DNA of 60,774 bases, counting the filler, from Hausera hauseri (taxonomy: Eukaryota): the NCBI GenBank assembly GCA_046269625.1. It is 11 parts of 11 records of this genome, joined end to end, with 100 filler letters (N's around TTAATTAATTAA, not from the genome) between each part and the next. Parts side by side here need not be neighbours in the genome. Positions count along the whole stretch, not along the records: positions 18,583 to 24,668 come from JBJURY010142647.1; positions 24,769 to 29,080 come from JBJURY010642219.1; positions 29,181 to 37,209 come from JBJURY010808753.1; 8 more parts are not named here. One strand, 5' to 3'. A program made the position numbers and the translations under genes. Numbering within the stretch: the first letter of the stretch is position 1; every line of letters starts with the position of its first letter. Positions 22,500-34,076 of this stretch are shown piece after piece. A model generated the notes under the pieces. The model worked only from the letters and a program-made list of their open reading frames with translations. It had not been told where the DNA came from and made no database searches.

Positions 22500-24768
22500 T
22501 TTAGGCGCTACTGGTATTTGGTGGTAGGCTTTTTCTAGGTCTAGAGTGGAGTATATTGTAGTTTTATGCAACGAATGTAAGATGTCTTTTATCAAAGGTA
22601 AAGGGTAAGCATCCATGATAGTAACATTTTTAAGTTGACGATAATCGCCGCATAGTTGGAATGTTCCATCTTTTTTGGGTACCACGTTAAGTGGTGAAGC
22701 CCAAGGTGACTTTGAACGGTGGATTATTCCTGCTTGTTGAAGTGACGTGAATTCAGATTGAACTGCTTGTCGGCGGCTTGGTGATAGTGGCCTGAGTTTT
22801 TGCCTGATTGGACGAGGATTCTCGGTGATGATGTGATGGAATGTCGAGCTCGTTGGTCTAAAAGTTGGATCCTTTGTGATCGTGTGGGAGCAGGACTTAG
22901 TTATGTATTGCTGGATTTCTTGACTTAAGGAGGCAAATGGCGTGGTTAGTAAATTAGATGGTTGATCAATGTCAGAACTGGATATGATGGATATTAAACT
23001 GTCTAAATCGTCTTTGTCAACGTTTTCTACTTTGCTACCATTCGATGGAAATATAAAATTATCAAAATCAGTAGTGCTGAAATACATATTCGCATCTAAA
23101 TTAGGTAACGATGTTTTTAATATGGGCCTGACAAACAAGGCAGGCTGCGCAACCGATGGAGAGTTATCTGTATACGTTGAATTTTCTTGACTGTTTGTAA
23201 CTAATCTACTGTGTATACAGTCTACTACGAGGTTGTAGAAAGATAAAAAATCGGAGCCAAGTATTGGTGACTGTGTGTCGGCTACGGTGAAGGTCTAGAT
23301 AAAAACGTCAGAAAAAGGCTGTAACATGAACGAGATTTTGGACGTGCTGCACACACGTAATGCTTGGCCATTGGTTGTATATAATTTCTTGGCTGACGGG
23401 GAAAGAGTTTTAACTTTGGTAGACGAAGGCAGAAGAGACACTGCTGCTCCAGAGTCGATTAAAAAATTAATCGATTGAGTGGGCTTAATTGTTATTAAAG
23501 TGTTTAGAGTAAATACGGTATAAGTACATCTGTTACGGTAGAGATATTTGCCTATGCCAACATGAGCCGAAACATCTGGCAGCTTTATCCGTTTTTTGGA
23601 GGTACAGGATTTAAGTTGTTGGAAACAGTAGGCTGTGGGAAATTGGAACGGCTGACGAAGGTGCAACCGGCAATGAAGTTGCGCGCTTTGGTGTTAAATT
23701 TATTATGATATATACAGACGATGTCACGTCGTCTGAAACTAGGCGCATAAAACCTACATCCTAAACAGAATTTATTAATATTATTTTTGAATTTGGTGTG
23801 ATAGTAACACACTATCGGTCGCGCAAGCGACATAGTAGGTCTAAAATTTTGAGACGAAGTACGGCTATAGCCCGCATCAAAACAATTCCGTCTCGGCATT
23901 GTCAGGGCATCTATTTTTGACGTGAGTAATGAGATTGTCTGATATATATTGGCGTTTTCGGTACGTAAAAATTTATTTGCTTGTTCAAATGTGATATTTC
24001 GTTAATCTGTTGTGTCATTGAAGTTTGTAGCGTAGCGGCGACTTATGGCGGTGATTGTGAATGTAATATTTCGTGACTTTTATCAGCTAATTGTGCCAGC
24101 TTTTGCAGTGTCTCTGTATCCTCGACTATTGTTAGGAGTGCACGAATGTCTCTCGGTAGAGACTGCAGAAAGTATCTGCGCAGTAAATCAGCGTTATTCG
24201 CCTGGTTGACACCCAAAGTGCGCAACTAAGTTAATGCGGTCTGAAGGAATTCGGAAGGTTTTAAGTTTTCTATAGTGTTATCATTAAAGTATTTGTAAAT
24301 AATATTGTCCAAAGACAGCTCCATGAATTTTAGGACTGAATTAAAGAGGGAACTATGTTAGGATCTCTTAATTACCAAAAATCTGAATTAAAAAAATCAA
24401 AAAATCGATCAGAATTCCAGTGACCTTTTTGAATTTGAAACCTTTGAGAGAAATAATGATTTTCCCAATCAACAAAAATGCCAAAAAGTAAAAATCGAAA
24501 ACGAGCATGAAGACCAAGAATCCAGCTAAACAAATTCAAAAACCGCATTAAAAAATAACAATCCAAACCGAAAAAGTTCAAAAAAACAAGCCAAAAAGCC
24601 ACAGAACAAAATTCAAAAAAAACTGTATAGGTCGCTGCTTTGAAATACTTCTGACAAGTTGGAAAGTTNNNNNNNNNNNNNNNNNNNNNNNNNNNNNNNN
24701 NNNNNNNNNNNNTTAATTAATTAANNNNNNNNNNNNNNNNNNNNNNNNNNNNNNNNNNNNNNNNNNNN

Positions 24769-25460
24769 CAATTGGGTATAAGGGTCAGAGTGTTGAAAGA
24801 TGTCCAGTAAGTTATGGATTGAGGCCTTTATAGAGTTTGGTAGAAGATAAAGTAGGCTATGGGCTTTGGATAAGGAGTCTGTGATACCGTTGGATTGTAA
24901 CCAGAGTTGATAAAAGTGGAGCCACGGTTTGCTGGACTTTTCATTATCTATAAAGTAGTCAGTACAATGTGGAGAAGTATTAATAGGATTTTTGTTTGAA
25001 GAATTTGCGTCGATTGAAGTAGGTGGATGATTTGGTCTGGTGTAGTAGAGCATGGGTATTGCCTTTTTTGTGGTGGTCGCCAATTTTGGTGTCAATGGTT
25101 GGCGAAGTGTTCATGCCACCACGGATACGGAGATGTATGTTGAAGCAAGTGTGATTTGAAAAAAAAGGTAAAGTTTCGTTGAGATGTATGATAGTACCGT
25201 GATGGCTAAGGTAAAAGTCGGAAGAACCAAGCAAGGAAGAAATGCAGGTCTGAAAGGTGAGAATGTGTGGATGTTTTGTATTGAGGGTGTAGATACTGTT
25301 GAAAAAAACAAAAATGAAAGTGGGTGCAGTGGTGCGCCTGGGGGCGTGATGTGGGGCCGACTCCGAAGCGCCATCCGACCGACCGCAGCAGGGTTGGCGG
25401 TCGGAACCTCCGCCTCGACGAAGCAGGCAGCAAAATGTGGGATAGCCGAGTTTTCCCACA
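24769..25460 (-). mobile_element. Ubl-Gag Gypsy copy 2, 5' end: 25-bp TGTGGGA...TCCCACA terminus (25436-25460), Ubl (25374-25115) and start of Gag
   Basis: FNIHLRIRGG|MNTSPTIDT, then KPWLHFYQLWLQSNGI...SDPY homologous to copy 1. One frameshift lies in a T-run. Confidence 0.85.
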
Positions 25461-26455
25461 AAGGTGCCGTCATTGCTGCTCGGCATTTCTGAATCGCCAT
25501 CATGACATCTCTAGGCTTAAGTGCATCGCGATAGTTCATAACAATCGATATGAATTTTTCTTTATTTAAGTCGGTTTTAGTTGTTTGGTTACCTTTCAAG
25601 GAGACACCCGTTGTGATTTGTTCGACCAATGAACTGACATACTTAAATCGTGTTTCGTTCAGAATTGGAGAATCTCGCATTGTTGCATGGTGTATGCTTG
25701 GGTACGGTATTGAATTTGTATGTATTTCTTTCAAACCAGAATTCATCGTTGTTTTAAATCGCGCTGACGCTGTAGGTGAGCTAATCATTAGAGATATTAT
25801 TCGATTGAGGTTAGAATAATATGGTGAATTCCTGAACAATAGATATTTACAAACGTCATAAAAGCATTATTAAAAATTATACACAAATCACACGTATCTT
25901 GTGTTGTGACTATGAAATACGCTATTGTTTGGTTCAACGATTGCCGTAGGCATTATCGACCTGGGGAATAATGCCAATTGTATTTGGTTTATTTTGGGAT
26001 AATAAACGGCTAATTGCTGCATTATCAACGTACCAACTCTAGACCCCGTATCGCCATCCATACTGTTAATGACGATAAATGCATGCGAATTATTCGTTTT
26101 TTCAGCTAACTTATATAGCCGCGGTGGGAATAGTCTTAGTAATCGTACACCAGAATTGAGACTTCGTCGAGCAAAACTGTTACCGGAATCTTTACAGTCA
26201 GTAATCATTGATTCTCTACTAGAAATATTTCGACATGCACCAGTCTTAAAATTATTTATGCATGTGGGCTCTGAATCGCTGAATATAGCCCTTGGATTCA
26301 ACTTACAGTGGTTTACTGATTTGGATAATACTGTCGTTCGGTCAAGTTCGCTAGTCAAATCATTATCTTTTAATGTTTTTAGTCCATCTAAATCAGTGGT
26401 GTGTTCAAGACACAATAATTTCCACAGTGCACTGGTGCACTGCACACCAAAATGG
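25461..26455 (-). pseudogene. Divergent alpha-tubulin, intron-less, 3'-truncated and frameshifted
   Basis: GVQ...LWKLLCLEH, PRAIFSDSEPT, TAIVEPNNS, YSNLNRII...TASARF, NYR...PRDV are collinear with alpha-tubulin. Confidence 0.88.
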
Positions 26456-26489
26456 CAGCAGTTGTGTATCCTTCGGTCACCAATTTCAC

Positions 26490-26680
26490 AGACACCAGAC
26501 TGCTTAGCATTAGTTAATACATCTTCAGATGTGTGCAGGAGATTTTCCATTTGTTTCACGGTGAATTATCAAACAGCAGGAACTCGGATATCAACATCAA
26601 GAAGCTGTGCGGCAATTAATTCAATATTCTTGATACCCTCGATTCGAGTCGATTCAATCAATACAGTAACATACCATTTC
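26490..26680 (-). pseudogene. AP3D1: AP-3 complex delta subunit internal fragment
   Basis: WYVTVLIESTRIEG...LIAAQLLDVDIRV...VKQM...GVCEI matches AP3D1 WYISILVELTRLEG...LIAAQMLDVAIRV...VSQM...GICEV. Confidence 0.8.
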
Positions 26681-26825
26681 GTTCAATCGGTTGATTGAAT
26701 CGTATCATTTATCGACAAAAGCAATTCGTATGTCACAGAAATTTTTGCGAAAATGGCCATTAACCATTGACAAATGTAATTAAGAAATCCAGGGCCGGAG
26801 TAGAAAAATGCTTTTGAATTTGCAG

Positions 26826-26913
26826 CGTATTTTTTGTATAATCTGTTCATCTGTTCCAATACAATAAATGTGATGACTGCATGAGGACCTATTCGCAGAT
26901 AATACGGCGTAAA
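26826..26913 (-). pseudogene. SLC25A11: C-terminal fragment of the mitochondrial 2-oxoglutarate/malate carrier, fused in frame after TRMT11 sequence
   Basis: FTPYYLRIGPHAVITFIVLEQMNRLYKK ~ FTPYYARLGPHTVLTFIFLEQMNKAYK. Confidence 0.75.
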
Positions 26914-26914
26914 A

Positions 26915-27830
26915 ATTTTCTGTGGATAATTAACATGACTGTAGTACAGATGTGGTCGATATTCCTTCGTCATGATTTTCAAACACTTCTCCCTTACTCC
27001 ATAAGGTGATCCGTTAGAATGACTTCGAATTTGAAACCTGTCCGCAATATTTTATCCAATTGTGACGAATCACCGATGAACACGTCACCAAAACAGGACA
27101 GAATAGCGTATTGTTAAAAATTGAGTTTTAAACATTTATCCTTCGATCTCCAGACCTCATCTGCCTTTGTGGATTTACCAAGTCCATGTGCGACGTTATA
27201 GTCAATATCTATACCAAAAACGGTAGCACCACAATGCCCAGAAACTACTAAAAAACTGCCAGTGCCAACAGACGGATCCAAAACGACATGGAATTTATCC
27301 ACTCGGCCGAGATGATCCATTAGAAATGATAGTCGAACATTCATGCTGATATTTCCAATGAACTGCCGTTCGGACAATTTATAATTATTAATCACCTCAC
27401 ACCGTTGACTGACTTTAACAAGTCTACCGTAAGACAGTTTGTCCGGCACGTCCACACACGACTTTTGGTTTTTTCGTATGGATAATCAAGAATCAATCCT
27501 AATTCTACATCTGGTTGTTTCAGAATCAAATTGATATTGCTTTTGCATTGTTTATGATTTGCAAATATTTTTTCAATTAAATCGACTTTTTCTTCAATTT
27601 TCAACCTTTTGTGGCGAGTTTCAACATTCGTACGATATAAAAGTTTTTTCGCAATTATGCCATTACTATTCATATCATTAAGTTAAGATATATCAAAGCA
27701 CAATTCTTTCATCGTATCAGCAAATGTCCAAACTAAGTAGGCGCATTGAATCGAAATGGATTTCTGACAACAATTTGTTGACTTTTCGAGATATACTGTA
27801 TGTAAGAAAATTCCCAAAGAATAAAGGGTT
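26915..27830 (-). pseudogene. TRMT11: tRNA m2G10 methyltransferase TRMT11 fragment, intron-less and frameshifted
   Basis: RQFIGNISM...LSFLM...VLDPSVGTGSFLV...GIDIDY, followed by PYGVRE. Confidence 0.85.
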
Positions 27831-28889
27831 CAAAAACGATGATGTAAAATTCCGAAATGAGATAAATATCAGCAATACAGTATTAAGTAAATGTACAAAA
27901 AAGATGGTCGATAAAATCATTATATTTGCATGACAGTAAAAAAAGTAATTGTTTAATTACAATAATAAAACAAAACTCTACAAAATATTGTCAAACACTG
28001 TTGGGTGATCAATTGGTGGAAAACAACAAACGATAACTTATAACCACAAAATTTGGTTGCAACTGTACCGAGAAAATGAGTCATAAAGGGCTGATAGAAA
28101 TAGTTGATCACTTGAAAAATTTATTTGACATAGAATGTTCAACAACGACTGTTGTTCGCGGTATTTGGAATCGTAATACATTATTTTGTAGAAGACGAGA
28201 GGATTCTTTCAAGACAAAAATCATCAACAAATTAAGATTTGAGACATGAACATATAGTCTTTTATTACAAACAAAAGAATTGAAATAATCAGAGATATTT
28301 TCTATGGCCCTTAGGGTGAATTATTGAATTTGTTAAAACTGTTGGACATCATAAATTCCATTGAAAGTTTGGACTAATAAATTAAGACCACAATAAACCA
28401 AATATTTGAGAATTTTTTAACTTTACGCAGAAATATTAACGTCACTCAATCCCAGAGTCAGTTCAATAGTTTTTCATCAATTGAGTAAATCTATTTACAT
28501 TGTTAAAGTAATTTGAAACAAAACTGTCGGAATCAGCTACAATTTTTGAAAGAAATTTACGGCGAATTGAGTTTTATTTGAGAATTGTCAAAGGCTTTTG
28601 AGAGCTTGCTGTAATCAGTGTTTTCAAATAAGAATGTCTGATTTTTTTAGTCAGTTTCTTTATGAGCCCTTGTAAGGTTTTGAAATTTTCTGAAAAGGTG
28701 CTTCCAATTTGCTGCCGCTGATTTTCGAATTGATGCCAGAGTTTTCTTACGTGAATTTATAGTGTATTCTTTCTGGAGAATTCGAAGTCGTTCCGATCCA
28801 TGTGTGCGTTGTAGTGTAATGACAATTTTAGCTCACATTGATATCCATTCTTTCTGCGATCGTGATATGACCAATTGATATGTATTTCC

Positions 28890-29050
28890 CATGATTGCAA
28901 ATCGAAGTAGATCGCCTTTAATAATCTTAAATATCATGGTAACAAACGGCCCAGTTAATTTGAAATCTCCTGTAAAAAATAGAAAATAAAAGCAGTTTAA
29001 CAAACTGGCAAATATGATAAATATTTCTTCTATTTTTCTGGCCAATTTAT
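28890..29050 (-). pseudogene. TRPV-channel (Nanchung/Inactive/OSM-9-like) S4-S5 fragment
   Basis: YFLFF.GDFKLTGPFVTMIFKIIKGDLLRFAI. Confidence 0.72.
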
Positions 29051-29660
29051 AGGTATTATCGGATTCGGGTCCATTTTTCCNNNNNNNNNNNNNNNNNNNN
29101 NNNNNNNNNNNNNNNNNNNNNNNNTTAATTAATTAANNNNNNNNNNNNNNNNNNNNNNNNNNNNNNNNNNNNNNNNNNNNTTTCACGTTTATATTTCTGA
29201 GACGATGACGATAGGATAAAGTTGCAATATTCGCTTGGAGTTTTAGAATCCTGTATGGATGGCGAAGAAATGTGTATGTATTACGGATCGTTTTCTTGAT
29301 CGCAGATTTTAATAACGAGATTTGTCATACACTTGCCGTAGTCGATTGGTATATTTTCATTAATTTGATCACTGCGATTTATGACATTTTCAAGAGTGTT
29401 CACTTTACTAACCAAAGATTCACACGTATACGCAGACATATCCTGAATCCGATCATTTTTCATAAACGTTTGCGTGATAGGTTTCACTTTCTTGAACACA
29501 ATGTCTTAATTTAAGTGCTTACTATTTTCGTACGGTTCATAGCTGATATGAGGATTGATTTCATTTTCTTCGATTGGCTTGAACGCATTTGTGCCAGCGC
29601 TTGACGTATCAATATTTTGCTGTTCGTTTTTCCTTCGTTCGAATTCAATCCGATCGTTAG

Positions 29661-30130
29661 TCAGAAAGTTGTTAAGACTAGATCTTTGTCAATGAGTAAG
29701 ACAAATGCAACGTTTGGACTGTTCGAATTTTCTCCTTTAAATATGGATGAGGCTTTGTTGAAAATATCGATTTGATGGGAGAACAGTAAAGAATCGTTGT
29801 TGAGACAGACGATAAATGTCATTGAGGACGATTTGATAATGTTTCCCAACTGTTGTTGAGATGTGGGATAACGATATGGGAAGTAGAGACTCGATACAAA
29901 ATCGTGGACGTCAACTGAATCATAGGGACCTTTGTATTCTACAAAAAATCGATTTGACATGTACACTAGCAATTGTGGAAATTGGATGGATTTTAGGACT
30001 CGGTAACATTCGCTTTTATTGTTCCAGCACTTGATGGACACAACGGACGCTTTATATTCCAGTATATCGGCAATATGGATAATATCCTTCCGGCAAATTA
30101 GACTTCCAAATTTGCTAAAACCTGTCGAGA
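29661..30130 (-). pseudogene. TXNDC11: TXNDC11-like thioredoxin-domain fragment following an LTR-type terminus
   Basis: SIKCWNNKSECY...FPQLLVY...VEYKGP...FV ~ AINCWWNQGKC...FPVIYLY...IEYKGP...FV. Confidence 0.65.
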
Positions 30131-30276
30131 TGTAGAAGCACTAGTCTGAGATTTCGGTTCAAGGAAATTTTTAAAGCGAAAGGTCAAGCCCGCTTATGAG
30201 CTCGACGCGGCGGCAGCGGACGTCCGGCTGTGCACGACCAAATGGGCCTAAGGGCACAGGCCGCTGAGACACCACA
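30131..30276 (-). mobile_element. LTR 5'-terminus module (TGTGGTGTC plus GC-rich head) inserted in pPolB
   Basis: Minus strand TGTGGTGTCTCAGCGGCCTGTGCCCTTAGGCCCATTTGGTC matches the heads at 33075(+) and 35846(-). A possible end CTACA lies at 30131. Confidence 0.75.
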
Positions 30277-31800
30277 AACGTCATGGAAATCTTTTGACAA
30301 AGTGGAATTGCCTGCTAAGAAGGACTTTTGCAGTAGAATTTCAGACACGGACATTAGCGATGCGGACTATGAGCATGCTCAAAAATTCTGGAAAGCATTC
30401 AAATGTAGGACAATAGGGAATATAGGGACATCGATCTCCTCACATATATACTGCTGCTGACGGATGTATTTGAAATTTGTTGCATGTCACATTTAAGAGC
30501 AACAAATTGGATCCAGCTCATTTTCTCACAGCTCAGGGAATTAGCTGGGCAGCGATGCTACGCTATACAGGCATACGGTTCCAAATCTTGAAGGACTATG
30601 ATATGATCCTTATAATCGAGAGAGGCATTCGGGGTGGAATCTGCCAGGCCATTCACAGGTATAGTGAAGCAAACAAGAAATACATGGGAGAATATGATAC
30701 ATCCAGGCCATCATCATACCTGGATGCAAATAACTTATATGGATGGACAATGAGTATCCCATTGCCATATAAAATTTTAAATGGGTGGAGCATCCTGAAG
30801 AGCTGTCACGCAACCACGAAATAGGAAACACAAGAAGTTTTTATGCCACTTGGATGATCGGGAGATGTATGTAGCCCACTACATAAATCTCAGCAGGCTA
30901 TGCGAAACGGTATCAAAGTCACAAGGATCCATTGTACCCTATCCTTTAACCAGTCTATGTGGTTGAAGCCCTACATAGACTTCGACACGCAGCTGAGGGC
31001 CAATACCACAAATGACTTCGAAAAGTATCAATTCAAGTTGTATAACAGCTCGGTCTTTGGCAAAACGATGGACAACATCCGCAACGGGATAAATATCGAG
31101 TTTGTGTGTGATTGGAAGAGCCCGAAGAGCTGATTGCCAAGTCCAACTTCCATTCCAGCACAATATATACAGAAAACCTGGTAAGCATACATATGCTCAA
31201 GACATCCCTGGAGTTTAATAAGCCGATCTATGTCGGGATGTCAATCCTGGACTTGCAAAGACCCTGATGTATGATTTTCATTACAACATCATGGTCTTCA
31301 AGTTTAAGGATCTACAGCTGATGTATATGGATACTGATAGTTTCAGCTATCAGATCGATACGGAAGATCTGTTTGAGAACTTTGCTAAATTGTCTGAGCA
31401 TATGGATACGTCTGACTACCCGAAGGAGCATCCCAACTATTTAATTACAAACAAGAAAGTCCTTGGGAAATTCAAGGACGAGGTGCATGGGGCAATCATC
31501 TCGAGATTTGTGGCTATTAGGTCCAAAATGTATGCGATTGATATATGTGGTAAAGTAAAGAAGCGGATTAAAGTGGTTCAAAGGGCGACTTTAGTTAAGG
31601 AGATTGGCTTCATTGACTATGTGGAAGTTCGGCACGAGCAGACTCATATCATTTCAGAGATGCAAAGGATCCAGTCTAGGGCTCATACTATTGAGACAGT
31701 AACGTTACAGAAGAAAAGCCTAGATTGGATGGACGACAAGAGGCAGGTCCTGGGTGATGGAATATGCACATTACCTCACGGGCATGTTGCATTAATGTAA
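30277..31800 (+). pseudogene. Maverick pPolB, same family as 4918-7050, frameshifted
   Basis: IERGIRGGICQ, YLDANNLYGW, NSSVFGKT, YMDTDS, DDKR...PHGHVALM. Confidence 0.92.
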
Positions 31801-32489
31801 ATATATTTAATATGATGTGTGGTATTTTTTGTATTAATAAATCTTATAAAAATATCGTGTTGTCTTCTTGATCAAGTAATGTTGGATATAGGATAAGGCC
31901 AACCATTTTTCACAACACATTTATTTCGCAAAAACATAACTATCACACTACGTTAAACACTTTTTATAAGCACAATGTAAATCATGTTCACGCTAAATAC
32001 ATGTAATGTTCTTTGGTATTGATACCAATTTGCCTCATTCATATGCACATATTTGTAATTCTGGAAATGTAATGTTAAATATCTTGTTCTTTCGCCCATC
32101 AGCATGATCCTTGACATAGAACGCGGCCTCACGTATATCACACAGTGTCAATGGCTCGCATGAAGCAATCTTTGCAAAACTGGGTATTATATTCTTCCCA
32201 CGTCAGTTTATGATGTTGCGTCAAATACGCATGTTTTGCTTGTGCTTTGTTTATGCAACAAGGTATTGTCGGTCTATAAGCAGCATATATTGCATGTACT
32301 ATACTAAAATTCACTTACGCAAATACATAATGTAGTGGATTAAACATATTATCCACTGGCATTATACACACCTCCTTTATAATGTATTCATTATTATTAT
32401 TATCCACAAATCCCTACAAGTGAATAAACAAGGCAGCCATAATTTTATAACATTTATTAACACAACAACAAAGTTTATAACAATTTTAT

Positions 32490-32815
32490 ATACATTGGCG
32501 TCTAAGCCAGTCCACACAATAATTCTCACATAGAAATATCAATGGATTTTGATGCATAATATATTGTATGTGACGGGTTGCCGCATACGTTCCAATTTCG
32601 TCACCAGTGATGACGGGTAATACATCCTAAGTGGATCAAACACTTGAATATGATCTGGTGAAACATGTAATGCTATCCAGTGTTCTCCTGGTAAATTAGC
32701 AGAATGTGTGTTAATCACATATCCTCCATTGAGTAGATAGTCTGGAACTTTATCCAAAGGATATACTCCACGGAAACTTTGGAATCTGCCCAAGGCTTTC
32801 TCAATCTGAAATGTA
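32490..32815 (-). pseudogene. Adenain-like cysteine protease of Maverick/adintovirus
   Basis: FRGVYPLD...VINTHSANLPGEHWIAL...VFDPL. Confidence 0.85.
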
Positions 32816-32904
32816 CTTCGTGTATAAAATATATAATTCCATAAAAACTTACTTCATATAAACATCCAACCACAATTACTGGTACTGTTTATGCAATAAT
32901 TAAT

Positions 32905-33074
32905 CCATCTTTTCAAATTTGTATTTCACTATGGAAAACTCCATATAGATATATTGTAACGGCATTGTTCAATGCCCTGTGGAATCGTAAATCCAATTTC
33001 AAATTGCCTGTTCGTGGCATTTGTGGTTGATCAACATCAAAATCCGCTGCCAAAACAAATGTAAAGAAGGGGTA
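32905..33074 (-). pseudogene. Maverick major capsid protein C-terminus, cut by the LTR-type insertion at 33075
   Basis: YPFFTFVLAADFDV...GNLKLDLRFHRAL...YGVF parallels the capsid C-terminus at about 52460-52660. Confidence 0.7.
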
Positions 33075-33160
33075 TGTGGTGCCTACAGCGGCCGGTGCCC
33101 TTTGGCCAGTTTGGTCCCTTTCCGACGCGTCGGGCCCACAGGCGGGCCCCCGATCTTCCG
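33075..33160 (+). mobile_element. LTR 5'-terminus module (TGTGGTGCC plus GC-rich head)
   Basis: About 42 bp near-identical to the inverted copy at 35805-35846 and to 30236-30276. Confidence 0.78.
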
Positions 33161-33229
33161 AATTGAGGATTCAAGAAAAGAAAACGAAACAGACAAAATC
33201 AAACGATAACCCCGGTGAATATCGCTCCA

Positions 33230-33932
33230 TTGAAACAATTATCCAATCATTGGAATTCGTAATCGTCGTGATAATCATTATGGATATATTTCAGTCATAT
33301 TTGTACGGTTTTCGAAAAAATGTCTGCACCTTTGTTAGACATGGGTTGTTGCTGGTATATTGTATAAGCGTCATTGTCAGTATTTACTATCCAGAAATAG
33401 TTTACATTTTAGGAGCTAGACAATTTATTCGACCGAATTTTGCATTGTTTCGTTCGACGTCGATGACAAAACTTTTAATTTCGATGTGCATAACTACCAA
33501 AGACATTCTAAGTGCATTTTTCTTGTTAGCTCTTGGATGATCGGATTTACCATTCGTGGAGTGTCGTTGTTTTTTAGTATGGAAACGTACACTGATGTAC
33601 AATACAATAATTTCTACGATGCGTTCTTCACATTACTGGTACTTCTAACAGCCAACAATCATGATGCAATGGTCGTTGTGTATAACAACAGTCGACTGTA
33701 TTTCATCTTCTTTCTGGTCTACGCATCCATTGGGATGTTTGTGTTCACGAACGTTTTCACTGCGGATATGTTGGTACTACGACGTATTGCGACTAGAGCA
33801 GTTTACGAAGTATTGAAAACTACATCAAAGGATATTGATGAGGATAGCGTGGAATCGGACATACCGCGACGAACTATAACGGATGTACCGATTGCTGGCT
33901 GGCGTAAGACGGCAACACTTGCTTCAGTGTAA
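33230..33932 (+). pseudogene. Two-pore channel (TPC2-like) domain-I fragment, intron-less
   Basis: RQFIRP...; FFTLLVLLTANNHDAM...YNNSRLYFIFFLVYASIGMF ~ TPC pore LLVLLTTANNPDVMIPAY. Confidence 0.8.
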
Positions 33933-34076
33933 ATATTAATTTTGTACTTGTTAACAAAAAAGGGTTGAAAGATCTTTTAAAATAAAAGCCATTCTTTTCT
34001 CAATTACTTAAAATAAAAATTCAACAGTGAAAATACACGAATTATTTTACATCAAGTCAGGAAATCGTTGGTGAAA

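Larger units (their letters stand above)
18958..24350 (-). mobile_element. Ty3/Gypsy element of the same family, copy 4 (5'-truncated): gag-PR-RT-RH-INT-PPT-3' terminus; RT interrupted by an insertion at 21456-22499
   Basis: Gag similar to copy 1, FLIDSGA protease, SPWASPL/CGDYRQL RT, TDASTTAVGAVL RNase H, LDIVGPLP integrase. A G-rich PPT lies just before TGTGGTGCC at 18986. Confidence 0.92.

Noticed and set aside
24356-24668. A-rich segment starting TGTTAGG that truncates copy 4 gag; hydrophobic minus-strand ORF
   Set aside because: Low complexity and cut by the contig end. It may be another LTR, but this cannot be supported.
26069-26698. 209-aa + strand ORF
   Set aside because: Antisense of the tubulin and AP3D1 fragments.
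33061-33074. AAAGAAGGGG as a polypurine tract before TGTGG at 33075
   Set aside because: It is the antisense of the Maverick capsid codons YPFF, so it is target sequence and not a PPT.
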